Below, piece after piece: positions 1-9,538 of a stretch of 64,000 bases of DNA. The notes under the pieces were generated by a model, which was not told the origin of the DNA, ran no database searches, and was given only the letters and a program-made list of their open reading frames with translations. This stretch comes from Eubacteriales bacterium (GTDB taxonomy: Bacteria; Bacillota; Clostridia; Oscillospirales; CAG-272): the NCBI GenBank assembly GCA_045532805.1, contig JAZSGQ010000032.1, forward strand, positions 21,107 to 85,106. The letters are read 5' to 3'. Numbering within the stretch: position 1 is the stretch's first letter; each line of letters begins with the position of its first letter. Made by a program: the position numbers and the translations under genes.

Positions 1-3000
1 CGCTCGATCTCACAGGATATTCGATCGTCCCCTCCTCCTCTACGGCGACCACGACCAAATCCACTGCGGATTTCGTGGCGGCGGAGCAGCTTGCCGACCG
101 CGTTGAAGACATCACGGGCACGAGAGTAACCGTGAGCACCTCGGCTAAGCAAAACGGCATCTTTATCGGCGTGGACGGCGGTCTTTGTAAGCGCGCCTAT
201 GCCAGCATTCCCAATGATTGCGGCTGGGCGATCCAGGTGTTCGGGCAGAATATCGCCATTTCGGGCAGTAACACACTGCTTGCTATGGTCGCTACGCAAT
301 ACTTTATGAACACCTATCTTGCCAATGGCGCAGATGCTATCATTGAGATACCCACGAAGATCACCTACGCTTATCAGGACTATATCACGATTGTTCAGCC
401 CTCCAAGGAGGTCATCGTCACAAAATCAAACTCCAGCGAGAAGGAGATCAGTTATAGCGGCGGTAGCACCAATTATGTGCCCGTCTATGACGGCACGCTT
501 GATACCGATTACACATATAACAGCGCCAAAGATCCCGAAAATGAATACGGCGCCACCAACGGCTCGTACATCAAGGCGACTCACGCCGATGGTTACATCG
601 CAGAAAACGGCTATCTAAAAAATACCTGCTCTCCCACAGAGTCGCACACGTTAGACAGTAATTCTCGCATTATGATCGACGGTAGCGTATATAGCCTTAC
701 TCTGACAACAGTCACCGGCGAGCCCACTACCACGCTCAAGGTTAAAAACGGCTACCTGTATGTCGGTTCAACTCAAACAAGCATTGCCGCTTCCACCACA
801 CATGGTTACGTGCTGGAGGAATACAGCAGAGATACCTCGGCATTGTCAAAAAATTATTTCTACTATTACGTAAAATACGTCTGTACCGAGCATGACGGAC
901 ATCATACGGACAGCGAAGGATTTCTTTTGAACAGCCTGGGACGCAGGATCACGCTTCCCGTCAAGGATACCTACACCTTTACCGTGTCGGATGGCCGCTT
1001 AAAGCTGAACAACTCCAACCTTCTGGTAAATGGAATGGGCTCCAGCTTTGGCAGTGGCGCGGATTACCTTTACGATCTCTCGTACGTCATTGCCGATAAA
1101 TTATCGGTGGCTCTCGCTAACACCACCGTAAATGCTGTGCCCGATACAACTGCTCAGAGCGCCAACGAGATCTGGGTCGGTAACATGTCGGGACGCGATG
1201 TCAGTGTAGCACTGGAGGGCCTTGCAACCAACGAATACCGCATTCTGATTTCTGACGGAAAAATCATTTTGGCAGGACACAGCTTGGAAGCACAACGATA
1301 TGCTGCAGAGATGTTTACCAAGATCCTGACCGGTGTTGGCACGACTCAAAAGAGCAGCACCAAGACAGACAATGTCACCACTACTACTACAACAACGACC
1401 TATAAGCCCATCACGCTTCCTGCCGACTTTGATCTGATCTGTGCGGTGGACGACAGATGGGTGGCCGATACCGAGCATCCGTTACCCGACGGGCTTACCC
1501 CTGAAAAGGTGGCCGACGTGGAGGACGGCTCCCTCTTGTATCTGTATCGCGGCACAGGTGTAAGCACCACCGCATACCTTGCATACTGCAAAGAGTTGGA
1601 GGACGCAGGATATACCCTGCTCACAAACACCACTCTCTCGGGCAGTACCTTCAGGACCTACGTCCATTATACGAAGGGCATCACCCTGTACGTTTCCTAC
1701 AACGCATTTGAGGGATATCACAACAACGAATATACCCTGGACACCTCCACGCAGCTCGGTGGCGTTTTGACCGAGGATTACTATGCTTATACCGATCCGC
1801 AGATCCGCATCGTGTCCGCTTCCCTGCTTGCTGTCGATCCGCCAACCGAGGAGCTGCTCACACCCGAGAAGTCCTATACCAAGGTGACCGACTCCTCCAT
1901 TTCCTCGCTCGACCTTTCTCTTGCTAAGGACGCGGACGGCAACCTCACCAGTTCCTACGGCACGGGCTTTGTCATGATGCTGGAGGACGGCAGATTCGTC
2001 CTTATCGATGGTGGCTCCGCAGGTGGCGGTACCGACAAAGGAACGGATCCCTGGGCACAGGTGGATAACATTTACGGTGTTCTTGCCGATCTGTATCAGA
2101 AGGTAAACGGCCATGATCCCACAACCGAAGATCCCATTGAAATTGCGGCCTGGATCATTACACACAGCCACGGCGATCACTACGAAACATTCTGGGATTT
2201 TGCCTCCAAGTACGGTGCGGGAGCTACGGGTGGCAGCGCCTTGGATCCCGAGTGTAAGGGCCTTGTCACTCTCGAGTATCTGATTGCCAATTACCCCTCT
2301 CTCAGCGAAACCTATAATTCAGGCGAGCCCACCATGGGTCTGCGCAACAACCTCAATAAGATCAAGGGATATTTCGGCGGCTTCACCCACATCAATATCC
2401 ATACGGGTCAAACGCTTTATATCTCCAATCTGATCATCGAAACGCTGTATACACACGAGGATCTCCACCCACAACGCATTGTTACCTACAATGACGTTTC
2501 CACCGTGATGCGTCTGACCTTCCAAAATACCACAGCGGCAGTCGGCGCTACCGTTTCTCTCCATAGCGAGGAGCAACCCAATACCGATTTCACCACCACG
2601 ACCTTCGTGTCCTTGGGTGATGCCTATATCCACTCGGCGAGATGGCTGTGCGCCATGTATGGCACCGACCTCAAGTCCGACATGGTTTCGATGGCGCATC
2701 ACGGAGGCCCCGGCGCGGAAACTGCACTGTATGATCTGATCGCTCCCACGACCGTTTGGTGGTCGATGGCCAAAACCAGCGTTTATGCGGAGGGCACGAC
2801 GAGCGGCAGTATTTGGAATTCGGTAACCGTTTGGGATTCCGGCTATATGACCAGTACAAACTGGTATAGCCGTGTCGACCAATACGTTGCGTTTACGCTA
2901 ACCTCTGTCGAGTATATCTTCATCGCAGACGATTACAATATCACGTTGTGGCTTTCCGGCACAAGCGGTCCTCAGTACGACACGCTGTATGCCGCAGGCG

Positions 3001-3167
3001 ACACTAACCGCAACGGAAAGTTTGACAGTGTGGATAATGCTACGATTGGTTATAACACCTATTCTGTTCCCAACGTAGCGAAGAACACAACGATATCGGC
3101 AGACGATTACGCTAATTTCTTCAACGAGCAAGCCGTTGCACTAAGGACCGGCAGAGGAGAAGGCTGA
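1..3167 (+). CDS. 5'-truncated multidomain secreted protein with a C-terminal MBL-fold (metallo-beta-lactamase superfamily) hydrolase domain and a single dockerin/EF-hand-like Ca loop
   Basis: The frame is open from nt 3 with no stop upstream of the GTG at 75 used by the track, so the true start is off-window. It has a Thr-run linker (about 1374-1400), the MBL motif ITHSHGDHYE (about 2157-2190) and a later MAHHG. A C-terminal DTNRNGKFDSVD loop lies at about 2999-3034. A hairpin plus T-run follows the stop. Confidence 0.8.
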   Translation, partial: LDLTGYSIVPSSSTATTTKSTADFVAAEQLADRVEDITGTRVTVSTSAKQNGIFIGVDGGLCKRAYASIPNDCGWAIQVFGQNIAISGSNTLLAMVATQYFMNTYLANGADAIIEIPTKITYAYQDYITIVQPSKEVIVTKSNSSEKEISYSGGSTNYVPVYDGTLDTDYTYNSAKDPENEYGATNGSYIKATHADGYIAENGYLKNTCSPTESHTLDSNSRIMIDGSVYSLTLTTVTGEPTTTLKVKNGYLYVGSTQTSIAASTTHGYVLEEYSRDTSALSKNYFYYYVKYVCTEHDGHHTDSEGFLLNSLGRRITLPVKDTYTFTVSDGRLKLNNSNLLVNGMGSSFGSGADYLYDLSYVIADKLSVALANTTVNAVPDTTAQSANEIWVGNMSGRDVSVALEGLATNEYRILISDGKIILAGHSLEAQRYAAEMFTKILTGVGTTQKSSTKTDNVTTTTTTTTYKPITLPADFDLICAVDDRWVADTEHPLPDGLTPEKVADVEDGSLLYLYRGTGVSTTAYLAYCKELEDAGYTLLTNTTLSGSTFRTYVHYTKGITLYVSYNAFEGYHNNEYTLDTSTQLGGVLTEDYYAYTDPQIRIVSASLLAVDPPTEELLTPEKSYTKVTDSSISSLDLSLAKDADGNLTSSYGTGFVMMLEDGRFVLIDGGSAGGGTDKGTDPWAQVDNIYGVLADLYQKVNGHDPTTEDPIEIAAWIITHSHGDHYETFWDFASKYGAGATGGSALDPECKGLVTLEYLIANYPSLSETYNSGEPTMGLRNNLNKIKGYFGGFTHINIHTGQTLYISNLIIETLYTHEDLHPQRIVTYNDVSTVMRLTFQNTTAAVGATVSLHSEEQPNTDFTTTTFVSLGDAYIHSARWLCAMYGTDLKSDMVSMAHHGGPGAETALYDLIAPTTVWWSMAKTSVYAEGTTSGSIWNSVTVWDSGYMTSTNWYSRVDQYVAFTLTSVEYIFIADDYNITLWLSGTSGPQYDTLYAAGDTNRNGKFDSVDNATIGYNTYSVPNVAKNTTISADDYANFFNEQAVALRTGRGEG

Positions 3168-3213
3168 TCCTCGCCATTGCAATAAAGCCCCACGGATAAG
3201 CGCCGTGGGGCGC

Positions 3214-3249
3214 AAAAAAAGGGCGGTAGCGATGCTACCGTCCTTTTTT
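3214..3249. terminator. Bidirectional intrinsic terminator between convergent genes
   Basis: The stem gggcggtagc/gctaccgtcc (one G-T wobble) is flanked by an A-run on the left and a T-run on the right. A second hairpin, gccccacgg...ccgtggggc, lies at 3187-3211. Confidence 0.7.
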
Positions 3250-3664
3250 ACGCGTCCTCCGCATCTATTACGCGGATTTTCGCGTCATAGAGCGCCTTTG
3301 CCAGAACGCCTTGTCCGTTTATCAGTTTTCCTGTAAACGTGCCGTCATAGACTTGTTTTACGCCACAGGTGGGGCTTCTGGATTGCAGAATGGCACACTC
3401 AATCTCCTCACCCTCGATCAAGGCAAGGATCTGCGCCACTGCGGCACGAAGTGCCGCGTCCACGTCCTCCCCGTCGCGTGTGAGCACGCGGCCCTCCACG
3501 ATCTCAATCGGCGTGCGCGGCACGCCAAGGCCTGCGAGCATCTCGGGACAAACGCGGATCACTTCCCTGTCCTTTGTCAGTTGCACCACGCGGGCATTGA
3601 AATTATTGCCGCCGTTATACTTGCAGTTTTCTCCCAGCAAGCACGCGCTTACGATCACTTTCAT
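3248..3664 (-). CDS. DUF523 family protein (TudS-like Cys-rich small protein)
   Basis: The product begins MKVIVSACLLGENCKYNGG, the typical DUF523 N-terminus. I chose the ATG at 3664 over the track start at 3712 because it forms an ATGA overlap with the pncB stop. Confidence 0.8.
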   Translation of the reverse strand: MKVIVSACLLGENCKYNGGNNFNARVVQLTKDREVIRVCPEMLAGLGVPRTPIEIVEGRVLTRDGEDVDAALRAAVAQILALIEGEEIECAILQSRSPTCGVKQVYDGTFTGKLINGQGVLAKALYDAKIRVIDAEDA

Positions 3665-5118
3665 TTTCTCTGATGCTTTTGCGTCTTGATCATGCCGTAC
3701 TTGGTATCCCACAGTTTTTGCGACAAGTCAACGTAGTAGTTATGGGGATTGTCAAAGCGCTTGACCTCCTCCCATATGCTGTCAAGCGAGGCGCGGCAGT
3801 TTGCCCGGATCTCTTCAATGCTCGGCAATTCGTATACCTGTTTGCCGTTTTGGAACACGGGCACCTGCAGTTCTACTGCCTTGAAGTTCTCCAGCACCTT
3901 GCGTTTCCACGTGCTCTCGGGGTCGAAGATCTCCAAGGGCTTGGTATCGTCCACGGTCTCGTCCCATACGCAGATCAGATCTGCCTCGGCCTTGCCCGCA
4001 TTCTGATCAAACAGGCGGTACAGTTTCTTAAAGTGAGGTGTGGTGATCTTACCCACGTTCTCACTCAATTTGATCTTGGGCAGAACGTTGCCCTCGGCAT
4101 CCTCTACGGCGCACAACTTATAGACACCGCCAAACACAGGATCGCTCTTGGCGGTGATCAGTCGCTCACCTACGCCGAACGCATCGATCTTGGCGTCCTG
4201 ATGGAACAGGCCGCGGATAATGTGCTCATCCAGAGAGTTCGAAGCGATGATGCGGCACTCGGGGAAGCCCGCCTCGTCGAGGGTCTTGCGGATCTTGTTG
4301 GAGAGGTATGCAATATCGCCCGAGTCGATGCGAACGCCGCAGGACTTGATTCCCTTCGGCACGAGCACCTCGCGGAAGGCCTTGATCGCGTTCGGAAGAC
4401 CCGACTCCAGCACGTTATACGTATCGATCAGCAACGTGGCGGCATTGGGATACAACTCACAGTAGGTGCGGAAGGCCTCGTATTCCGAGTCAAACATCTG
4501 CACCCAGGAATGCGCCATCGTGCCCGTTGCGGGCACGCCGTACACCTGATCGGCAATCGTGCAGGCGGTACTGTTCACACCGCCGATGTACGCGGCGCGT
4601 GCACCCTTGATCGCGGCGTCCGCACCCTGTGCGCGGCGAGAACCGAACTCGCTCACAGCACGCCCCTTGGCGGCTCTGGTGATACGGGCGGCCTTGGTGG
4701 CGATCAGACACTGGTGATTGATCTCCATCAGGAGATAGGTCTCAATAAACTGTGCTTCAATGGCAGGGGCGCGTACCGTAATGAGCGGCTCACCCGGGAA
4801 CACAACGGTTCCTTCGGGAACCGCCCAGATGTCACCCGTAAAGCGGAACTCCTTCAAATAAGCAAGGAACTCCTCACTAAAGCAACCGCGTGCACGCAAA
4901 TAGTCAATGTCTTCCTCATCAAAGTGCAGATTGTTGACGTATTCTACGATCTGCTCAAGACCTGCCGCGATCGCATAACCGCCATTGTCGGGGTTTTTGC
5001 GGAAGAACACGTCGAAATAAGCGATCTTATCCTTCAGCCCCGTCTTGAAATAGCCGTTGCCCATTGTCAATTCGTAAAAATCGAACAGCATCGTCAAATT
5101 GCGCGAAATGTCTTTCAT
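3661..5118 (-). CDS. pncB: Nicotinate phosphoribosyltransferase
   Basis: A 485-aa ORF starting MKDISRNLTMLFDFYELTMGNGYF, collinear with the NAPRTase family throughout. Its start forms an ATGA overlap with the upstream gene's stop at 5115-5118. Confidence 0.93.
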   Translation of the reverse strand: MKDISRNLTMLFDFYELTMGNGYFKTGLKDKIAYFDVFFRKNPDNGGYAIAAGLEQIVEYVNNLHFDEEDIDYLRARGCFSEEFLAYLKEFRFTGDIWAVPEGTVVFPGEPLITVRAPAIEAQFIETYLLMEINHQCLIATKAARITRAAKGRAVSEFGSRRAQGADAAIKGARAAYIGGVNSTACTIADQVYGVPATGTMAHSWVQMFDSEYEAFRTYCELYPNAATLLIDTYNVLESGLPNAIKAFREVLVPKGIKSCGVRIDSGDIAYLSNKIRKTLDEAGFPECRIIASNSLDEHIIRGLFHQDAKIDAFGVGERLITAKSDPVFGGVYKLCAVEDAEGNVLPKIKLSENVGKITTPHFKKLYRLFDQNAGKAEADLICVWDETVDDTKPLEIFDPESTWKRKVLENFKAVELQVPVFQNGKQVYELPSIEEIRANCRASLDSIWEEVKRFDNPHNYYVDLSQKLWDTKYGMIKTQKHQRK

Positions 5119-7805
5119 TGCTCCATACCTTTCCGTTTCAGTCCCGTGCGTTTTCTCGACGGGCGTCTTGTCTTATAGTTTAAAATCAAAATTGCCGTGA
5201 TCGCCGCGCTTACGATCACCACCGTGGCGGTGATGATCAGGGGGCGCGTGTAATCTCTCTGTTCCTGCTCGGGTGCGTCACCCAAACTCGTTCCCTGCTG
5301 AATGGCGCTCACGCGCTGGGCAAGTTCACTGCTGCTCAGCACGTCGCTTTCCAGCGTAAAGGCGTACAGACACAGGCGGAAATCGCCCGTGCCCCCATCG
5401 AGCGGACGTGCAGAGATACGAAGACTTTGTACGGCAGAAAGTGCCGTTTTATAGTCGGTCATATCAAAATAGAAGGTGGTGTGCTCCCCTGCCGTCACCA
5501 CAGAGGACGCAACCGTCGTATCCGCCTCGCCATACATGCGGAACTGGACCTCATAACGAGCGCCCGCATCGCCCGCGAGTCTTAACTCAAAGCGCATCAT
5601 AGGCGCAAAGGAAAGATCGGTGGCACTTGTGAAGTGGTAAGCAATATCGGCGTACGCCTCGGTAGATTTCATAGATGCCGTGAGCGAGCGCAAACCGTCC
5701 GCACCCGTGAGCACGGACACGTCGGTACAACCCGTTCCGCTATACCAGCCAAGCGAGCCCGTTGCCGTGGTAAAGTTCCACGGTGTGAAACTACCGAGCG
5801 GCAAAACGTGACCGTGATAGTCATTCTGTGTCAGTGTAATGCTGCGCGTCTTGCGTGTGATGATCGTCTTTTCATCCAGTGTCGCATACAACTCCTTGAT
5901 CGAGCCGATGCGAAGGGCGGCCATGGCGGATTCCGACACTTCGGCAAAACGGTCGGTGTTCACGTAACGCGCCAGATACGAGAGAACGTGGCATGCGCGG
6001 CTCTCGCCTTTCTGCTCCGCGAGAGAAAAGTCCGCGATGAATGCCTCCACGCGAGGATTCTGAAGCAGCGCGAGATACAACATCAGGTAAGCACCCTTCA
6101 AGGCGTCTGCATCTGCTTGCTCATCGGGCGTCCAGGAAAAGAGAATGCTGTCACTCATAAAGCCATAGGTCGCGGCTTTGAGTTTGATATCCTCAAGGAA
6201 GGCCGACAGTCGGTCGATACTGTAACCGTCACCCGTTTCCTCGGTCACGCGATCGGGCAACTCTGCCGACTCCAGCATCAGCAAAAAGGGCTGTGGTTCC
6301 ATCACCTGCGACTGCAAGGACGAGAGCAATGCGGGCAGGAAGAACGTACTGTAATATTCCTTTCCGATCTCTGACTCTACCACGCTTCCCTGCCAGATGC
6401 GATCCGAGATCGGCACCACAATGCGAATATCCTCGATATTGCAAACCGCCGTACCCGCGATCAGGTTGAGTGCAGTTGCGTAAAGTTGTACGTAAGCGGC
6501 CATATCGGTGGCCGATGTATAACTGTATGCGTTGCGGTCGGCCGCACGGCCGAGCACAATGCCGCTGATCTTGCCGATCGTGGCATCCGAATAGCGGGCG
6601 GTCAGGAAGTTTGTCAGGGCGTGTACGTCCTGCTGTGCCTGCTCACCGCGGATCGCGGGCAGTTTATTGATCACACCCATATCCTTTTCGCTGTAATCGG
6701 TATAGGAGAAGCCGTTGGCATCGGCACTCACTAAAAAGCGCAGATACACGTGCGCGCCGATTCCCGTAAGGTTGCGAACGCGATTGTCGATCTCGCTAAC
6801 GTAGCCCTGATCGAAATAATAGTAGGAATGCTCGCCCGCATACAAAATACCGTTGCTTTGCGTGCTATGCAGGCGGTCGAGATATACGTCTACGATCTCA
6901 ACGTCGGGTGCACAGTCCAGCACAGTGGAAAGCGTGCCCGAGTGAAATCCCTTAAAGCCGTTCTCTGAGGCGGATCCGGAACTCTGTAGCGTGGGGAACG
7001 TGGGAGTGCAGAGCGGAATACGCTCACCCTTCTCATTCACGGCGGCCACGACGTAGCGCGAATAGAGCGCGTCCGACGTGGAGGCGTCCACGGTGAACGC
7101 AAAGTCAAACGTCACACCCATACGAGCGATGGGCGTCTTGTTGGAGAGGTGAAGTTCCTCGTCCGAAGCGAGTGCAAACAACGCCAGCGTCTGCCCTGCA
7201 TAGTAAACCGTCGCCTCGTAACTGAGTTTGCCCGCGATCTCGATCGTTTTATCCTCGGCATTGTAGTGACAACGCGAGTACGCCGCTTCCTCACTGCCCT
7301 CACTCACATACGTGGAGATGTTGAACAGTGCTGACAACGTCACCCGACCGCTTACGTCACTGTCGGAGGAGAAGGAGAGTTCCAGCGCACTGACCCGTTC
7401 GCCTATGTAGGGGGTATTCAGAAAGAAACTCTGCTGTGCTGTGGAGTGCTTATCCAGTTTATGTGATACCGTTGCCGTTTTTTGAATGGCATTCTCTTCA
7501 TACGTGTACGTCACGTGGATCTGATTGGCACCCGATGCATTAACGAGCGAGATATAGAGTGCGTTGGAAGTATGGGAAAGCATCTCGACGTCCACGGCGG
7601 TAAAGATGCGGTTGGTCGCCGTAAGAGTAAGGTCGATCGAATCGCCGTCTGCCTCGTATTTCTTTCCGTCAGCGGAAGAGAGCGCCGCAAACACAAAGCG
7701 CACGCCATCGATTCCCGCGGCTGAGACGGATAGCATCGCACACGCAGAGAGCAACACGGAAAGCATCAGTAAAATACAAAGACCGCGGCGCAGAACTGTA
7801 CGCAC
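5115..7805 (-). CDS. Large extracytoplasmic protein of unknown function with an N-terminal signal peptide and a C-terminal TM anchor
   Basis: About 896 aa. The N-terminus (RTVLRRGLCILLMLSVLLSACAMLSVSAAG) is hydrophobic and signal-like, and the C-terminus has a TM helix (LIITATVVIVSAAITAILIL) followed by a basic tail. The GTG at 7805 has AGGAGG 8 nt upstream, whereas the track start GTG at 7814 abuts the RBS. The middle region may be glycoside-hydrolase-like, which is unverified. Confidence 0.8.
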   Translation of the reverse strand: MRTVLRRGLCILLMLSVLLSACAMLSVSAAGIDGVRFVFAALSSADGKKYEADGDSIDLTLTATNRIFTAVDVEMLSHTSNALYISLVNASGANQIHVTYTYEENAIQKTATVSHKLDKHSTAQQSFFLNTPYIGERVSALELSFSSDSDVSGRVTLSALFNISTYVSEGSEEAAYSRCHYNAEDKTIEIAGKLSYEATVYYAGQTLALFALASDEELHLSNKTPIARMGVTFDFAFTVDASTSDALYSRYVVAAVNEKGERIPLCTPTFPTLQSSGSASENGFKGFHSGTLSTVLDCAPDVEIVDVYLDRLHSTQSNGILYAGEHSYYYFDQGYVSEIDNRVRNLTGIGAHVYLRFLVSADANGFSYTDYSEKDMGVINKLPAIRGEQAQQDVHALTNFLTARYSDATIGKISGIVLGRAADRNAYSYTSATDMAAYVQLYATALNLIAGTAVCNIEDIRIVVPISDRIWQGSVVESEIGKEYYSTFFLPALLSSLQSQVMEPQPFLLMLESAELPDRVTEETGDGYSIDRLSAFLEDIKLKAATYGFMSDSILFSWTPDEQADADALKGAYLMLYLALLQNPRVEAFIADFSLAEQKGESRACHVLSYLARYVNTDRFAEVSESAMAALRIGSIKELYATLDEKTIITRKTRSITLTQNDYHGHVLPLGSFTPWNFTTATGSLGWYSGTGCTDVSVLTGADGLRSLTASMKSTEAYADIAYHFTSATDLSFAPMMRFELRLAGDAGARYEVQFRMYGEADTTVASSVVTAGEHTTFYFDMTDYKTALSAVQSLRISARPLDGGTGDFRLCLYAFTLESDVLSSSELAQRVSAIQQGTSLGDAPEQEQRDYTRPLIITATVVIVSAAITAILILNYKTRRPSRKRTGLKRKGMEQ

Positions 7806-7843
7806 GCAAGGCACCTCCTTCCAAAAAGTAATGTCATATTGTT

Positions 7844-7872
7844 ATTATATCACATTTTACGGCGTTTGAAAA
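7844..7872 (-). promoter_or_regulatory. Candidate sigma-A promoter for the 5115-7805 / pncB / DUF523 operon
   Basis: On the minus strand it reads TTTTCA, a 17-nt spacer, then TATAAT with an extended TGa directly upstream of the -10. Confidence 0.4.
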
Positions 7873-7913
7873 GTGCTTTGCCGTAAATTTTCCCACAATC
7901 CGAAAAGACAAAA

Positions 7914-7944
7914 GCGCCATCGACCCAATTCGGGTCAATGGCGC
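7914..7944 (-). terminator. Intrinsic terminator downstream of spoVFB
   Basis: A 13-bp stem, gcgccatcgaccc/gggtcaatggcgc, with one mismatch. On the minus strand it is followed by a T-rich tract (ttttgtcttttc). Confidence 0.7.
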
Positions 7945-8003
7945 TTATTTCAAAAAGAATCGTTCTATTTTATCAAAATACAAGTCTTTAATGGTCGGTC
8001 GCG

Positions 8004-8564
8004 TTAAGATTGAAACAGCCGCTGATACTGCTTTCCGCACAGTGCCGCCTCCAGTGTGGCGGGCAAAAGCGAGAAATCCGCCACCAGAGAATGCGGCTTT
8101 CGCTCGGGATCGTCCTGCTTCATCGGCACGAAATACACGTGTTTTCTCGTCAGGAGCGCACCGATATTTTTGAGGTTAGCGGAAAGTGCATCGTTAGAAG
8201 CCAGCGCAAGGATCAGCGGACGATTACTGCGCAGATGCGCTTTGGCGGCCATTGTGACGGAAGAATCCGTGATCCCCGCCGCCATTTTGGCAAGTGTGTT
8301 CCCCGTGCACGGGCAGATCACCAGTGCCTCCAGCGGTGCGCTGGGTCCCAGTGGCTCGGCACCCACGATATCGTGGATCACGGGTCTGCCTGTGATGCGC
8401 TCCATACGTTCACGAACAGCCGCGGCCGTAGCAAAGCGCGTGTCGGTGCGGTAAACCGTTTCGCTCACGATTCCCTGCACGGGATACCGCGCAGAGAGCT
8501 TTTCCAATTCGTCAAGGGCCTTGGAAATGGTGCAAAAAGATCCGCAACAGGCAAATCCGATCAT
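8004..8564 (-). CDS. spoVFB: Dipicolinate synthase subunit B (flavoprotein)
   Basis: A 186-aa ORF starting MIGFACCGSFCT, with ICPCTGNTLAKMAAGITDS, typical of DpaB. Its start forms an ATGA overlap with spoVFA. Confidence 0.88.
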   Translation of the reverse strand: MIGFACCGSFCTISKALDELEKLSARYPVQGIVSETVYRTDTRFATAAAVRERMERITGRPVIHDIVGAEPLGPSAPLEALVICPCTGNTLAKMAAGITDSSVTMAAKAHLRSNRPLILALASNDALSANLKNIGALLTRKHVYFVPMKQDDPERKPHSLVADFSLLPATLEAALCGKQYQRLFQS

Positions 8565-9448
8565 AGCGTCACCTCCCGTGCAAGAAAATCAAGCACCGTA
8601 TCGGCCATGATCTCCCCCGCCGTCGCGGGTGAATACTTCCCGGGCAGGGATAGCGCAAAGATCACGCGGTGTCCGAGAGCGCGTGCCGCCTCGGCATCAA
8701 CGCCGCCGGGCGCGGACGCCAGATCCACGATCAGCGTGCCTTTCGAGACTTCTCTTAAAACGGCCTCGGTAAACAGCCAGGCGGGCACCGTGTTGAAAAC
8801 GGCCGCCTTTTCACGGGCAAGTTCGATCACGGAAGCGTCACCGCCAAGTCGGACGGTGCGGCACCCTGCGGCCGCGGCCGCGAGCAACTGCTCCTTACGG
8901 CGTGCACCCACCGTGACCTCGGCTCCCATGGCCAAAAGTAGCCGCGCCAATGCCGACGCCACACGTCCAAACCCCGTAATGGCAACGGGAAGCCCCTTGA
9001 TCGTATGCGTTTCCCGATCCATCAGGATCGCAACCGCGCCCTCTGCCGTAGGGATCGCGTTTCGCTCGGCAAAGGTGTCCGATTTGCAGTAATCCAGCAG
9101 TAAACGCCCCTTTTCCTCGGCCAGCGCACGCATAAGGGGCGTGAATTTGCCGCCGATCACGGCCGTGGTAGGCGCTACCTCATCCAGGATTTCCGAAAAA
9201 GCGGGCGCACTCATCTCGGGAGAGAGCGGCATATTGATCCTCACACCGTCAGGAGAGGTGGGCAACGGAAGTAAAACGGCATCAGTACCCCTTACCGCCC
9301 TCTTCCAGTCGGGATCTGCATAGATCCCCGTCACCTGCTCTCCCTGCGGCAAGCCATAGGTGCGCACCACGGCGCCCAGATGAGAAAGGCGCGCGGCAAG
9401 TGAGATCTGACGGGCGTCTCCGCCGATGATGGCAAATATTCGTTTCAT
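8561..9448 (-). CDS. spoVFA: Dipicolinate synthase subunit A
   Basis: A 295-aa ORF with the N-terminal dinucleotide-binding motif IAIIGGDARQ and a second one, VAITGFGRVASALARLL. It is paired with spoVFB. Confidence 0.88.
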   Translation of the reverse strand: MKRIFAIIGGDARQISLAARLSHLGAVVRTYGLPQGEQVTGIYADPDWKRAVRGTDAVLLPLPTSPDGVRINMPLSPEMSAPAFSEILDEVAPTTAVIGGKFTPLMRALAEEKGRLLLDYCKSDTFAERNAIPTAEGAVAILMDRETHTIKGLPVAITGFGRVASALARLLLAMGAEVTVGARRKEQLLAAAAAGCRTVRLGGDASVIELAREKAAVFNTVPAWLFTEAVLREVSKGTLIVDLASAPGGVDAEAARALGHRVIFALSLPGKYSPATAGEIMADTVLDFLAREVTL

Positions 9449-9484
9449 AGCATGACATCATCCTTTATTTATCGCAGGTAATGC

Positions 9485-9506
9485 AAAAACCGCCGAAGCG
9501 GTTTTT
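9485..9506 (-). terminator. Intrinsic terminator downstream of birA
   Basis: A perfect hairpin, aaaaaccgc-cgaa-gcggttttt, with A and T runs on the two sides. Confidence 0.7.
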
Positions 9507-9538
9507 ACATCTCACTAAAGAATATGTCATTTTTTGCG

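Noticed and set aside
3673-5178. A 501-aa plus-strand ORF antisense to pncB. Similar long antisense ORFs lie over spoVFAB (8010-9092), polC (10347-11651, 12720-14261), dxr/cdsA (16900-18955) and frr/pyrH (19529-20950).
   Set aside because: Each overlaps a confidently identified housekeeping gene on the other strand. Each translates to Arg/Gly/His/Val-rich low-information sequence with no recognisable motif or RBS. These are typical GC-rich shadow frames.
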